Source of the DNA: a virus
Lineage: Duplodnaviria; Heunggongvirae; Uroviricota; Caudoviricetes
DNA length: 64,000 nucleotides
Reading direction: 5' to 3' (one strand)
Virus record (IMG/VR): IMGVR_UViG_3300032335_000499
Under the pieces are notes generated by a model, which made no database searches, was not told the DNA's origin, and saw nothing but the letters and a program-made list of their open reading frames with translations. How positions within the stretch are numbered: the stretch's first letter is position 1; each line of letters begins with the position of its first letter. Below are positions 29,016-37,978 of the stretch, in pieces. The position numbers were made by a program, and so were the translations under genes.

Positions 29016-29272
29016 GACCCGCAGCAGAAGAAATTATTGATGTAGTCCCGCAGACTCAGAAGATCAAGAAGAAGATTGCAGTGGATGGAGTCTGGGAAGA
29101 TAGAACTTTCATTCGCATCCCTATCGGTTCTGAACGTATGGGTCCAAGTGAATTAGAAGTTTGGTGTCGCAAAAGATTAGGTGGTCCCAAATATTTAAGT
29201 GAGTGGTTCAAGGTATCGGGATATATAGTGCTTGACGAAAAAACATACATGTTTTGGAAGTTATGTGAATGA
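29006..29272 (+). CDS. small protein, divergent family member
   Basis: WCRKRLGG; C-terminus LDEKTYMFWKLCE. Confidence 0.7.
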   Translation: MGLRPAAEEIIDVVPQTQKIKKKIAVDGVWEDRTFIRIPIGSERMGPSELEVWCRKRLGGPKYLSEWFKVSGYIVLDEKTYMFWKLCE

Positions 29273-29619
29273 ATACTGAGGGATTAGAACTTAAGTTTAC
29301 TAAGCTAGATGGTAGGCATCGTGGGCACAATGAGTTTACTCATTATGTTAGTGTATTAGAAAAACCCACTAGCAAGTATTACCAACCAATTAAATATTCT
29401 GTTGCGGGGTTTTTTGCATTAAGATCACTGTGTTCAGAAACATGGGGACTTTCATGTGAACGAGAACTATATCTACAGTTAAAACCTAAAGTCGCTAATA
29501 GTGTGTCAGATGTGCCTCTCAATAATCATTGGGTATGGCATACCGATCTAAATAACAATCAGTATAGAATATATCTAAAAAGTGATGAAGAAAGAGCTTG
29601 GTTGTTATTAAAATGGTAA
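29269..29619 (+). CDS. small protein, FxxExDxxxFxLxW family
   Basis: C-terminus YLKSDEERAWLLLKW. Confidence 0.7.
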   Translation: MNTEGLELKFTKLDGRHRGHNEFTHYVSVLEKPTSKYYQPIKYSVAGFFALRSLCSETWGLSCERELYLQLKPKVANSVSDVPLNNHWVWHTDLNNNQYRIYLKSDEERAWLLLKW

Positions 29620-30305
29620 ATGAATTAACTGATGGCGAAGGTTATCTATTCTTTGAGAATATTATTCCTATAGACTTGATTGACACGTTCAATGATAAAT
29701 TAGATACCCTATATCCCGTCAGAGCAGTTAGTACTGATAGACAATATGCAGAACGAGATAAGATAAAAGAGCTACCGAATATAAACGTTTGGTGGAGTCA
29801 AATGGTTATGGATTGGCCAGAGGTACAAGCTATTAACGAAATTCTTATCTCCAAAATTAAGCTAGAACTTGCTGATGCTGTGTTCTATGCTAGTGATGTT
29901 GTAACTATCAACGGTGACAGTAAATGGATAAATCCACATGTTGATACTCCTCATAGATTTAAACAATGGAATGAAGATGAAAGGTTATTAGGAGTACAGT
30001 GTATCGTTGCCTTACAAGACACTACTCCTGAGCAAGGTTCAACTGGATTTGTTCCTAGAAGTCACATACAAGACTGGGATATTGATATGTGCTACAGTGG
30101 TGCATATAACAAATATTTCTACAGTTTGTCCGAGCAGAGGCACATGATTAAGGGTAGCGTATTGATGTATAACGCTAGGCTACTGCATTCTAGTATGCCA
30201 AATTATTTACCCGAACCACGACCTGCGCTCTTGCTTAATTACCTAAACGGTGCTATAGTAGAAGATGTAAAGAAGATAGACAATATTTGGAGTTCTAATG
30301 GCTAA
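29613..30305 (+). CDS. phytanoyl-CoA dioxygenase (PhyH)-family 2OG-Fe(II) oxygenase
   Basis: PHVD, ALQD...GST.FVPRSH, KGSVL...LLHSS.PN...R. Confidence 0.85.
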   Translation: MVNELTDGEGYLFFENIIPIDLIDTFNDKLDTLYPVRAVSTDRQYAERDKIKELPNINVWWSQMVMDWPEVQAINEILISKIKLELADAVFYASDVVTINGDSKWINPHVDTPHRFKQWNEDERLLGVQCIVALQDTTPEQGSTGFVPRSHIQDWDIDMCYSGAYNKYFYSLSEQRHMIKGSVLMYNARLLHSSMPNYLPEPRPALLLNYLNGAIVEDVKKIDNIWSSNG

Positions 30306-30852
30306 TCATATTATGATCGATATGGAAACACTCAGTACCGACGTTTCCACAGTAATACTTACAATTGGTGCTGTGCGTTTTGACCCAAGGGGTGTCGGCG
30401 TAATGGAGAAGCTTGAGCTTCGCCCAACTATGGATGAGCAAACTGAGGTATTTAATCGCACTATCAGTGACGATACCCTTCGTTGGTGGGGAGAGCAAAG
30501 TCCCGAAGCAATTGAAGAAGCTATGGGCGACCGTGACCGCATTTCTTATAAGGAATGTATGGAAAAGCTTTATCAGTTCTGCTGGAATCGTGCTGACAAA
30601 GTTTGGTCTAACGGTTCTGGCTTTGATATCGTGATTGCAGAAAGCGCATTCCGTGATCTTGGCATGAAGTATCCATGGCAGTTTTGGAATGTGCGTGATT
30701 GTCGGACTATCTATGACCTTGCAGGCGTGTCGCTGAAAGACGGCGGACATGTCACAACTCACAAAGCAGTAGAAGATGCAGAGCGTCAGGCTATCATTGT
30801 GCAGAAAGCTTATCAGAAGCTTATTCAAGCGGGCATGACTCACATTCGATGA
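30298..30852 (+). CDS. DEDDh 3'-5' exonuclease
   Basis: MIDMET (ExoI), WSNGSGFD (ExoII), HKAVEDA (ExoIII). Confidence 0.88.
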   Translation: MANHIMIDMETLSTDVSTVILTIGAVRFDPRGVGVMEKLELRPTMDEQTEVFNRTISDDTLRWWGEQSPEAIEEAMGDRDRISYKECMEKLYQFCWNRADKVWSNGSGFDIVIAESAFRDLGMKYPWQFWNVRDCRTIYDLAGVSLKDGGHVTTHKAVEDAERQAIIVQKAYQKLIQAGMTHIR

Positions 30853-31415
30853 GAATTGACTCCGACATTGACATTGATTTGGGTGACCGCGAAAAACTAC
30901 TAGCGGTCATCAAGCATATTCCTGCGTCAATGCGCAATGTTGATCCTGTGCGGAAACATCCTACGGGAGTCTATATTACTGAAATTCCATATGATCCGGT
31001 ACATGATATGGCTGCATTGCATTATGTGGATGCAGAAAAAAGAGGATACTTTAAGCTCGATTTGCTTAACGTACATGTTTACAATCAAGTACAGAGTGAG
31101 GAACATCTTATTGAATTGATGAACGAGCCTGATTGGACTGTACTGAAAGAACGGGCTACGGTAGAAAAATTGATTCACTTGGGCAATTCTTATGATCTTA
31201 TTCAGAGAATGCCTGAACCCATTGATAGTATTCCTAGACTAGCGATGTTTCTTGCTGCAATCCGCCCTGCAAAGAGACATCTTATCGGTAAAACTTGGAA
31301 AGATGTAAACGAAACTGTTTGGGATAAAGATAATACTGGATACAGTTTTAAACGTAGTCACGCAGTTGCATACGCTCAACTAGTGGTAGTGCATATGAAT
31401 TTACTGAAAGAATAA
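30849..31415 (+). CDS. miniature DNA polymerase III alpha (DnaE) catalytic-core-like protein
   Basis: DIDID, KHPTGV, GYFKLDLL, AAIRP, GYSFKRSHAVAYA in DnaE order within 188 aa. Confidence 0.8.
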   Translation: MRIDSDIDIDLGDREKLLAVIKHIPASMRNVDPVRKHPTGVYITEIPYDPVHDMAALHYVDAEKRGYFKLDLLNVHVYNQVQSEEHLIELMNEPDWTVLKERATVEKLIHLGNSYDLIQRMPEPIDSIPRLAMFLAAIRPAKRHLIGKTWKDVNETVWDKDNTGYSFKRSHAVAYAQLVVVHMNLLKE

Positions 31416-31416
31416 T

Positions 31417-32037
31417 ATGAGTAATGAACCAGTCATTGTTGATAATTTTTTACATATAATCAATCAAAGAAAAATAGTTAATCTTTTTGAATCTTCAGAA
31501 ATTCATTGGACTTTAGCCATGTTTCCTAGTTATGGAAATAGATTGGCTCATCTTGCTTTTGATAAATCAGACAATCAAGTATGGGAAGATAGTCCAACTT
31601 TACGGCATCTCTTGTATATAAAAGATAAAGAAACCGCTATTTCAGAACAAGAAAAATATGTAATAAATTTATTTCAGCAGGGAATAGAAAAACAAATAAA
31701 TTCTAAAATAGAAATTATTAGATGTATGGCTATTGCGGTTATCCCCAATCCTAATTTTACTGCGCAATGCATGATGCCACATACAGATTGGATTATTCCA
31801 CATGAAACTTGTATCTACTACTTAAATTCCACTGACGGAGATACGGTGTTGTTTGACCAAACATATGATGCTTCGTTATCTGAAAATGATAACGATAATA
31901 AGAAGAAAAAAGTGCTTACTAAAATTAGTCCAGCACAAGGAAAAGCAGTTTTGTTTGATGGGCTACAATATCATGCTTCAAATCCTAGTAAAACTGATTT
32001 GAGATTTGTTTTAAACATCAATTATGTAAGGGTATAA
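31417..32037 (+). CDS. 2OG-Fe(II) oxygenase-like protein
   Basis: PHTD, IYYLN.TDGDT, FDG.QYHAS, R.VLNIN. Confidence 0.8.
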   Translation: MSNEPVIVDNFLHIINQRKIVNLFESSEIHWTLAMFPSYGNRLAHLAFDKSDNQVWEDSPTLRHLLYIKDKETAISEQEKYVINLFQQGIEKQINSKIEIIRCMAIAVIPNPNFTAQCMMPHTDWIIPHETCIYYLNSTDGDTVLFDQTYDASLSENDNDNKKKKVLTKISPAQGKAVLFDGLQYHASNPSKTDLRFVLNINYVRV

Positions 32038-32038
32038 A

Positions 32039-32572
32039 ATGATTAAGAATTCTATTACTGAAATTAAAGATTGGCCTACAGTAGGTGTAAACTTCAAAGA
32101 CCTTAGCACTGTGCTGGTTAAGCCAGGTGATTTCCGCTGGGCACTGGATCGTCTTAAGATGTTTATGTTGATTAATGACGTAACTTGTATTGCTTCTCCA
32201 GATGCTCGTGGCTTCATTTGGGGCGCGCCGGTTGCTGCTGAACTTGAATTGCCCTTTCATATGATTCGCAAACCAGGCAAGTTGCCACCACCCGTCATCG
32301 GTCAAGACTATGATTATGAATATGCTAGTGGAACACTAGAAATTAAAGGTAATACCGACATTGGTGAAGGTACTAAGGTTGGTATAATCGATGACGTTAA
32401 TGCTACCGGCGGGACAGCATTAGCAACTATTCAACTACTAAGCAGAATTGGCGTAAAACCGGAGGATATTTTTTATGCAAGCGTTATTGACCTCACGTAT
32501 CTCAACGGGAGCAACAAGATTCGTGAAACAGGTGCAACAGTTTTATCACTTGTATCATATGAATCTGATTAA
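32039..32572 (+). CDS. apt: adenine phosphoribosyltransferase
   Basis: DWP..GV.FKD, DARGF, IRKPGKLP, Y.YEY, IIDDVNATGGT. Confidence 0.92.
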   Translation: MIKNSITEIKDWPTVGVNFKDLSTVLVKPGDFRWALDRLKMFMLINDVTCIASPDARGFIWGAPVAAELELPFHMIRKPGKLPPPVIGQDYDYEYASGTLEIKGNTDIGEGTKVGIIDDVNATGGTALATIQLLSRIGVKPEDIFYASVIDLTYLNGSNKIRETGATVLSLVSYESD

Positions 32573-32762
32573 ATGGTTAGGTACAACAGGCGTAATTGTA
32601 GCAACAATTCTTAGAGCCTTTGGTTACCATACAGAAGATATGATTGTTGGGTTCATGGGAACCGCATTGTGGGCGTATGCTTCTTATGTAGACCGTGACC
32701 GCGCCCTATTAACTTGTAATATCTTTATTCTTACTGTATTATTATATGGAATTTTTACATGA
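32559..32762 (+). CDS. small three-TM membrane protein
   Basis: MNLIKWLGT...LW......RDRALLTCN. Confidence 0.7.
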   Translation: MNLIKWLGTTGVIVATILRAFGYHTEDMIVGFMGTALWAYASYVDRDRALLTCNIFILTVLLYGIFT

Positions 32763-33295
32763 ATGATATTATTTTATTAGCAATGCCCGAGGAAGCTCCC
32801 TCATTTATAGGCAAGAGTAACGTATTCTATACTGGTGTTGGCAAAGTAAATGCAGCTATTGTTGCTGCTACACTAATTGAACGGTATAAACCCGCTCGGG
32901 TATTCAACTTCGGTACTGCTGGCGGTATAACCGCATCCCATGGTGGCATCTACAAGTGTACTACATTTAATCAACGTGACGTTATCCTAGGTGGGGTGAT
33001 TGTTGGACCACAAGCAGAAGTGTTACATGCACCTATTGTCATCGGTGATGATGGATGGTCACTGAGTACGGGTGATAATTTTGTAACCGATACATATAAT
33101 ATCAATGCTGACCTAGTTGATATGGAAGCATTTGCCATTGCTAAAGCTTGTCAAATAGCAAGTGTAGTGTTTATCTGCCATAAGTATATCAGTGACATGG
33201 CTAACGACGAAGCACCTGACCATTTTGTAGATCATGTTCACAAGGGCGAAGAACACTACATTGAAATACTAAAAGAGTACGGAGTACAACTATGA
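32759..33295 (+). CDS. MTA/SAH nucleosidase-like (PNP_UDP_1 fold)
   Basis: AMPEE, GVGKVNAA, NFGTAGG, STGDNF, VDMEA, ISD.A. Confidence 0.88.
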   Translation: MNDIILLAMPEEAPSFIGKSNVFYTGVGKVNAAIVAATLIERYKPARVFNFGTAGGITASHGGIYKCTTFNQRDVILGGVIVGPQAEVLHAPIVIGDDGWSLSTGDNFVTDTYNINADLVDMEAFAIAKACQIASVVFICHKYISDMANDEAPDHFVDHVHKGEEHYIEILKEYGVQL

Positions 33296-33798
33296 ACCTA
33301 ACATTACTAGCGGAAAACAATCCACAGTTACTTGACGTTTCAGAAGATTGGGACTTTAGACTTGACGGCAGCCCCGAAGAACTGGTTAGGGCTATGTCAA
33401 AGTTTATGGCTGACAATGGTGGAGTAGGACTTGCTGCCCCTCAACTAGGAATCAAGAAGCGCATCTTTATCATGGGTAACTTCACTAAGCTTGTGGCTTG
33501 TATTAATCCTAAGATTGTCTCACTCTCAGAAGACCGTGGCACCGATTTAGAAGGTTGTCTAAGTTTTCCCGACTTGTTCATGAAGGTTAAGCGCCCTACC
33601 ACTGCGGTAGTACAATATCATACTGTATCAGGTGAATTAGTTGAACGTGAACTGACTGGATTTGAATGCAGAGTATTCTTGCATGAATACGACCACTTAA
33701 TCGGAGTCACATTTGACCAGCGGGTAGGTAGTTTGTCGTTTAAGATGGCTAAGGATAAGCGAAAGAAAGAATTAAAGAAATTGAGTAGAAAGGATTAA
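33292..33798 (+). CDS. def: peptide deformylase
   Basis: GVGLAAPQ, EGCLS, HEYDHL. Confidence 0.96.
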   Translation: MNLTLLAENNPQLLDVSEDWDFRLDGSPEELVRAMSKFMADNGGVGLAAPQLGIKKRIFIMGNFTKLVACINPKIVSLSEDRGTDLEGCLSFPDLFMKVKRPTTAVVQYHTVSGELVERELTGFECRVFLHEYDHLIGVTFDQRVGSLSFKMAKDKRKKELKKLSRKD

Positions 33799-33800
33799 TA

Positions 33801-34079
33801 ATGTCAACATTTGATACAAATGTGCAACTAAAAAGTATTACTGACCATGACGCTGGACAGAAGATAAAAAATATTATCAAGAAATACATTACTCATGATA
33901 TTTCGTTAGAGCTATGCGATAAGATTATGGACGATCTCAAAGAAACGTTTGGAGAAAATCATCCAGCTCAAGTAAATCTTGATGATGAGACGCACGATAT
34001 AGAAATCATTGTACGTGATAGCAATGGAAGATTTATTAAGTGTTCTTCACGTACACTATTTCCGGAAGAATATCTCTAA
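33801..34079 (+). CDS. hypothetical protein
   Basis: 92 aa with AAGGA RBS. Confidence 0.65.
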   Translation: MSTFDTNVQLKSITDHDAGQKIKNIIKKYITHDISLELCDKIMDDLKETFGENHPAQVNLDDETHDIEIIVRDSNGRFIKCSSRTLFPEEYL

Positions 34080-34459
34080 GGCATCCGCTTAACAAGAGTG
34101 ATACTTCTACGCTTTGAACGTTTCTTAATGAATTCATTCATACTAACGACTGGGCCATGAACGATATCTAGACTTTTATTGTTGAATGTTTTGATGTATG
34201 GTTTGAAGATTGACCATTCTTCTTTTAAGAAAAGGTTGATAGGAATCGTTCTATTCGATTCCCACCACCATATATCTCCCAATTCTAAATACTTAGCACG
34301 TAAAATAGGGAGAACTATGGCTCCATAATCATACATGGATGTCACGGTATCGTCTCTATTTTGTATTATACCTACATAGTCTTGACCAGCGTAGGAACAA
34401 ATAGAAATATAGGGATGATTCTCGCTCAGCTTCTTGAAAAAGTCTTCGTTCATACTCAC
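34076..34459 (-). CDS. hypothetical protein
   Basis: 127 aa, WWWESNRTIPINLF; minus-strand TAAATA at 34466-34471. Confidence 0.75.
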   Translation of the reverse strand: MSMNEDFFKKLSENHPYISICSYAGQDYVGIIQNRDDTVTSMYDYGAIVLPILRAKYLELGDIWWWESNRTIPINLFLKEEWSIFKPYIKTFNNKSLDIVHGPVVSMNEFIKKRSKRRSITLVKRMP

Positions 34460-34528
34460 AATACATATTTACACCTTTTTGCCCAAAGTAATATTTTAAT
34501 GAATAAATACTTTACTGAGGAGATTTAA

Positions 34529-35296
34529 GTGTACGCAACATCTGTATTCGTTTATACACAACGGCAAACTGTTGTACTCCTCATTGGAAACTCACCGAGG
34601 AAGTATATGCCTGTATATGCAAAACCATTAACACTCAACAAGGGTGTAGACAACCGAATTCAGTTTCAGTTCCTAAATCAGGAACAGAAGCCAGTAGACA
34701 TCACAGGTAAAAGTATTACTTGTAGAATCCTTAACTACACCGGAACCGAAGTCCTGCTTCGAAAAGCATTGGATTTAGATTTCGCACTTACCGGTATTGC
34801 CTCACTTAAAGTTAATGCTGCTGACATTGAAGGCATCGATGCTCAAAGAGCATATTATTCACTAGAGATTCCGGTAGGCGAGTTTGACTATCCTGTATTC
34901 GTAGATTCGAATGCAGGGGCAAGAGGCGACATGAATATTGTAAATTCTGTATTGCCTTCATTTGTTCCTTCACAGACAGTAACTATTCCAACTGGTCAGG
35001 CTTTCCCCAACATTAGTAATAGCAGCGGCAATACTAATCTTGTATACGATACAAGTATTATTAACACACAATCTAATCCAGTCCTAACTATTCAAACACG
35101 ATATGACGAATATTACGGAAATGTTGCTATATTAGGTTCCAGTATCGTAGACGGAGACTTCTATGTGATTCAAGCTGATGATGACTTAGCTAATGTGACT
35201 GAAACTAGAGGATATACCATTCATGGATATCATCCATTCGTCAAGGTAGAATTTACAAGTAATTCAGGTGCGGTAACCAATATACTTGCACGATAA
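34529..35296 (+). CDS. putative virion structural protein
   Basis: Beta-rich; TAAATA at 34504, GAGGAG RBS, GTG start. Confidence 0.65.
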   Translation: MYATSVFVYTQRQTVVLLIGNSPRKYMPVYAKPLTLNKGVDNRIQFQFLNQEQKPVDITGKSITCRILNYTGTEVLLRKALDLDFALTGIASLKVNAADIEGIDAQRAYYSLEIPVGEFDYPVFVDSNAGARGDMNIVNSVLPSFVPSQTVTIPTGQAFPNISNSSGNTNLVYDTSIINTQSNPVLTIQTRYDEYYGNVAILGSSIVDGDFYVIQADDDLANVTETRGYTIHGYHPFVKVEFTSNSGAVTNILAR

Positions 35297-35314
35297 CGAA
35301 TTTAGTGTTATAAT
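35286..35314 (+). promoter_or_regulatory. sigma70-type promoter, leaderless geometry
   Basis: TTGCAC-N17-TATAAT-N6-ATG. Confidence 0.7.
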
Positions 35315-35320
35315 CAATTA

Positions 35321-36292
35321 ATGTTTGATATCCTGACAATTATTCCGGGAAAGAAGAAGCTTACCCAAAGTGGCTGGACTAGCTTCAATGCGGTCTGCTG
35401 TCATCACCGCGGGCACAAAGCTGACAAGAGAAGCAGAGCAGGCATTAGATTTGATGGCGACAACTGGAGCTATCACTGCTTCAATTGTGATTTCAAAGCA
35501 GGTTTTCAGTTAGGAAAGAGTATCAGCCGCAACACAAGACAGTTACTTGAATGGTGCGGTATTGAACAGAATCAGATTGCTAAGTGGAATCTAGAAAGCT
35601 TACAACAAAAAGACCTGCTTGATTTTATCAAGGTAAGAAAAGAAAAGAAGAAAGTAAAGTTCAAAGAACTATCGCTGCCGGATGCTGAATTGCTTGATAC
35701 TACTAATGAAAAACATAAGGTCTTCATTGAATATTTGAGCAGCCGAGCTATAAAGCATGATGAGTATCCTTTTATGGTTACTCCTGATGAGCAAGGCAGA
35801 AATAGTAACAGAATCATTATCCCTTATACGTTTGAGGGCAAGATAGTAGGGCATACTAGTAGGTATCTTGATGACAGAACACCAAAGTTCATCAAAGAAC
35901 AGCAGACTGGGTATGTGTTTGGATATGATTTTCAGAAGCCTAATTGGGAAATTTGCTTAGTAGTTGAGGGTATCTTTGACGCCCTTTCTCTTAACGCCTG
36001 TGCGCTAACCCATGATACAATTAGTGATGAGCAAGCAGAGATACTACGAAGGCTTAATCGCAAAGTGATTGTCGTTCCAGACTTAGATAAGACTGGACTA
36101 GCAATTTGCGATAGAGCATTAGAGCTAGGGTTTCATGTCGCCATTCCCGAATGGAGTGATGAGATAAAAGATGCTAATGATGCAGTAGTAAAATATGGCA
36201 AATTGCCGACACTGCTAAGTATACTGAAAAGTGCAACTAACAGTAAGATCAAATTACAGATGATAAGGACAAAACTTGCTAAAAGAATATAA
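35321..36292 (+). CDS. DNA primase (T4 gp61-like)
   Basis: Zn-binding CC...CFNC, RIIIPY, TOPRIM VVEGIFDA, PDLD, KDAND. Confidence 0.9.
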   Translation: MFDILTIIPGKKKLTQSGWTSFNAVCCHHRGHKADKRSRAGIRFDGDNWSYHCFNCDFKAGFQLGKSISRNTRQLLEWCGIEQNQIAKWNLESLQQKDLLDFIKVRKEKKKVKFKELSLPDAELLDTTNEKHKVFIEYLSSRAIKHDEYPFMVTPDEQGRNSNRIIIPYTFEGKIVGHTSRYLDDRTPKFIKEQQTGYVFGYDFQKPNWEICLVVEGIFDALSLNACALTHDTISDEQAEILRRLNRKVIVVPDLDKTGLAICDRALELGFHVAIPEWSDEIKDANDAVVKYGKLPTLLSILKSATNSKIKLQMIRTKLAKRI

Positions 36293-37682
36293 CACTGATA
36301 TACAACGTCTATTCCTTCAGATGATGGTCACTAATTCCGAGTTGTATACTCGTGTCATGAACATCATGAATCCAGAAAACTTTGATCGTAGTCTAAGAAA
36401 CGTTGCGGAATTTATCGTAGAGCATACTGCCAAGTATAGCATTATGCCTGATATAACGCAGATTAAAGCAACCACAGGTGAAGCAATTGACCATATCGAA
36501 GACTTGTCTGATGGACATTACGAATGGTTTTTGGAAGAATTTGAGTCGTTCACTAAGCGTCAGGAGCTTGAAAGAGCTATTCTTAAAGCAGCCGATATGC
36601 TTGAGAAGGGGGAGTTTGACCCGGTCGAACAACTAATCAAAGATGCAGTGCAAATCAGTCTACAGCGTGACATGGGTACAGATTATTTCGCTGACCCTAA
36701 GGAACGATTGAACAAGTATTTCAATGCAGGTGGTCAGGTATCTACTGGTTGGCCCCAGCTTGACAGAGTTATGTATGGTGGAATGAGTCGTGGCGAGTTG
36801 AACATCTTTGCAGGCGGCTCTGGTTCTGGTAAGTCACTTGTCATGATGAACATTGCACTTAACTGGCTCAGTCAGGGACTTAGTGGGGTCTATATCACTC
36901 TCGAACTTTCAGAGGAATTGACATCGCTTCGTACTGATGCTATGTTGACTAATATGAGTACTAGAGACATTCGAAAGAATTTGGATGATACTGAATTGCG
37001 AGTCAAGATGGCTGGTAAGAAGTTCGGTAAGTATCGTGTTAAAGCACTTCCGGCACAGAGTAACGTCAACGCTATTCGTTCTTATATTAAAGAAGTGCAG
37101 ATTCAGACTGGTATCAAGGTTGATTTCGTAATGATTGACTATCTTGATTTGGTCATGCCGGTGTCTGTCAAAGTCAATCCTAACGACCAGTTCATCAAGG
37201 ACAAGTATGTATCAGAAGAACTTCGCAATCTAGCGAAAGAACTTGGTGTTCTTCTCATCACTGCATCACAGTTAAATCGTAGTGCAGTTGAAGAAATCGA
37301 ATTCGATCACAGTCACATTGCAGGCGGTATTTCTAAGATTAATACTGCTGACTATGTGTTCGGTATCTTTACGTCACGTTCTATGAAAGAGCGCGGCAAG
37401 TATCAGATTCAGTGTATGAAGTCTCGTAGTTCCACTGGGGTAGGTCAGAAGATTGATTTGGAATACAACATTGAAACTATGCGTATTACTGATGACGATC
37501 CAGAAGAGGGTAGACAGCAACAGCCTACTCCTAATCAAATACTAAGTCAAATTAAAACTACGAGTCAAGTAGGTTCTACTAACGATGCAGTGCATAATAC
37601 AATTGAACAAAAGGAAACTAAAGGTGTAGGGGACGCACAATCCGCTAAATTAAAGTCACTATTGAACTCACTTAAGAAATGA
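36276..37682 (+). CDS. replicative DnaB-like helicase (T4 gp41-like)
   Basis: GGSGSGKS, TLELSE, IDYLDL, TASQLNR, MKSR. Confidence 0.93.
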   Translation: MLKEYNTDIQRLFLQMMVTNSELYTRVMNIMNPENFDRSLRNVAEFIVEHTAKYSIMPDITQIKATTGEAIDHIEDLSDGHYEWFLEEFESFTKRQELERAILKAADMLEKGEFDPVEQLIKDAVQISLQRDMGTDYFADPKERLNKYFNAGGQVSTGWPQLDRVMYGGMSRGELNIFAGGSGSGKSLVMMNIALNWLSQGLSGVYITLELSEELTSLRTDAMLTNMSTRDIRKNLDDTELRVKMAGKKFGKYRVKALPAQSNVNAIRSYIKEVQIQTGIKVDFVMIDYLDLVMPVSVKVNPNDQFIKDKYVSEELRNLAKELGVLLITASQLNRSAVEEIEFDHSHIAGGISKINTADYVFGIFTSRSMKERGKYQIQCMKSRSSTGVGQKIDLEYNIETMRITDDDPEEGRQQQPTPNQILSQIKTTSQVGSTNDAVHNTIEQKETKGVGDAQSAKLKSLLNSLKK

Positions 37683-37729
37683 TTTTCAGACTTAAGAATA
37701 AATACATTCAGTAGGATCTTTACACTATT

Positions 37730-37978
37730 ATGCAAAAAAAGACTCGTAGCCTTTTAGAAGAACTCCAATCGTTCGGGGATACCCGTGATATTAATAATAT
37801 CATTGAAAACCGTGCGTCCAACATTATTACTAGTGCTATCAATTTGATTGAATTGATGCAAAAACACTATCCTTCCGATAAGGCAGAACTGCTTGAGAAG
37901 AAATTGTTGAGTGCAATTAAGGGTAAAGATCAAGCAAGATTTGCAAAGTCCTTAAGGAAGAAAAATGAAAATAAGTGA
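37730..37978 (+). CDS. hypothetical late protein
   Basis: 82 aa; ATAAATA upstream. Confidence 0.75.
   Translation: MQKKTRSLLEELQSFGDTRDINNIIENRASNIITSAINLIELMQKHYPSDKAELLEKKLLSAIKGKDQARFAKSLRKKNENK

Noticed and set aside
30849-31415. Mini-DnaE as a decayed pseudogene fragment
   Set aside because: Uninterrupted ORF with coupled start; motifs from distant parts of DnaE are all kept while spacers are shortened; no remnants in flanking frames. Not formally excluded without orthologues
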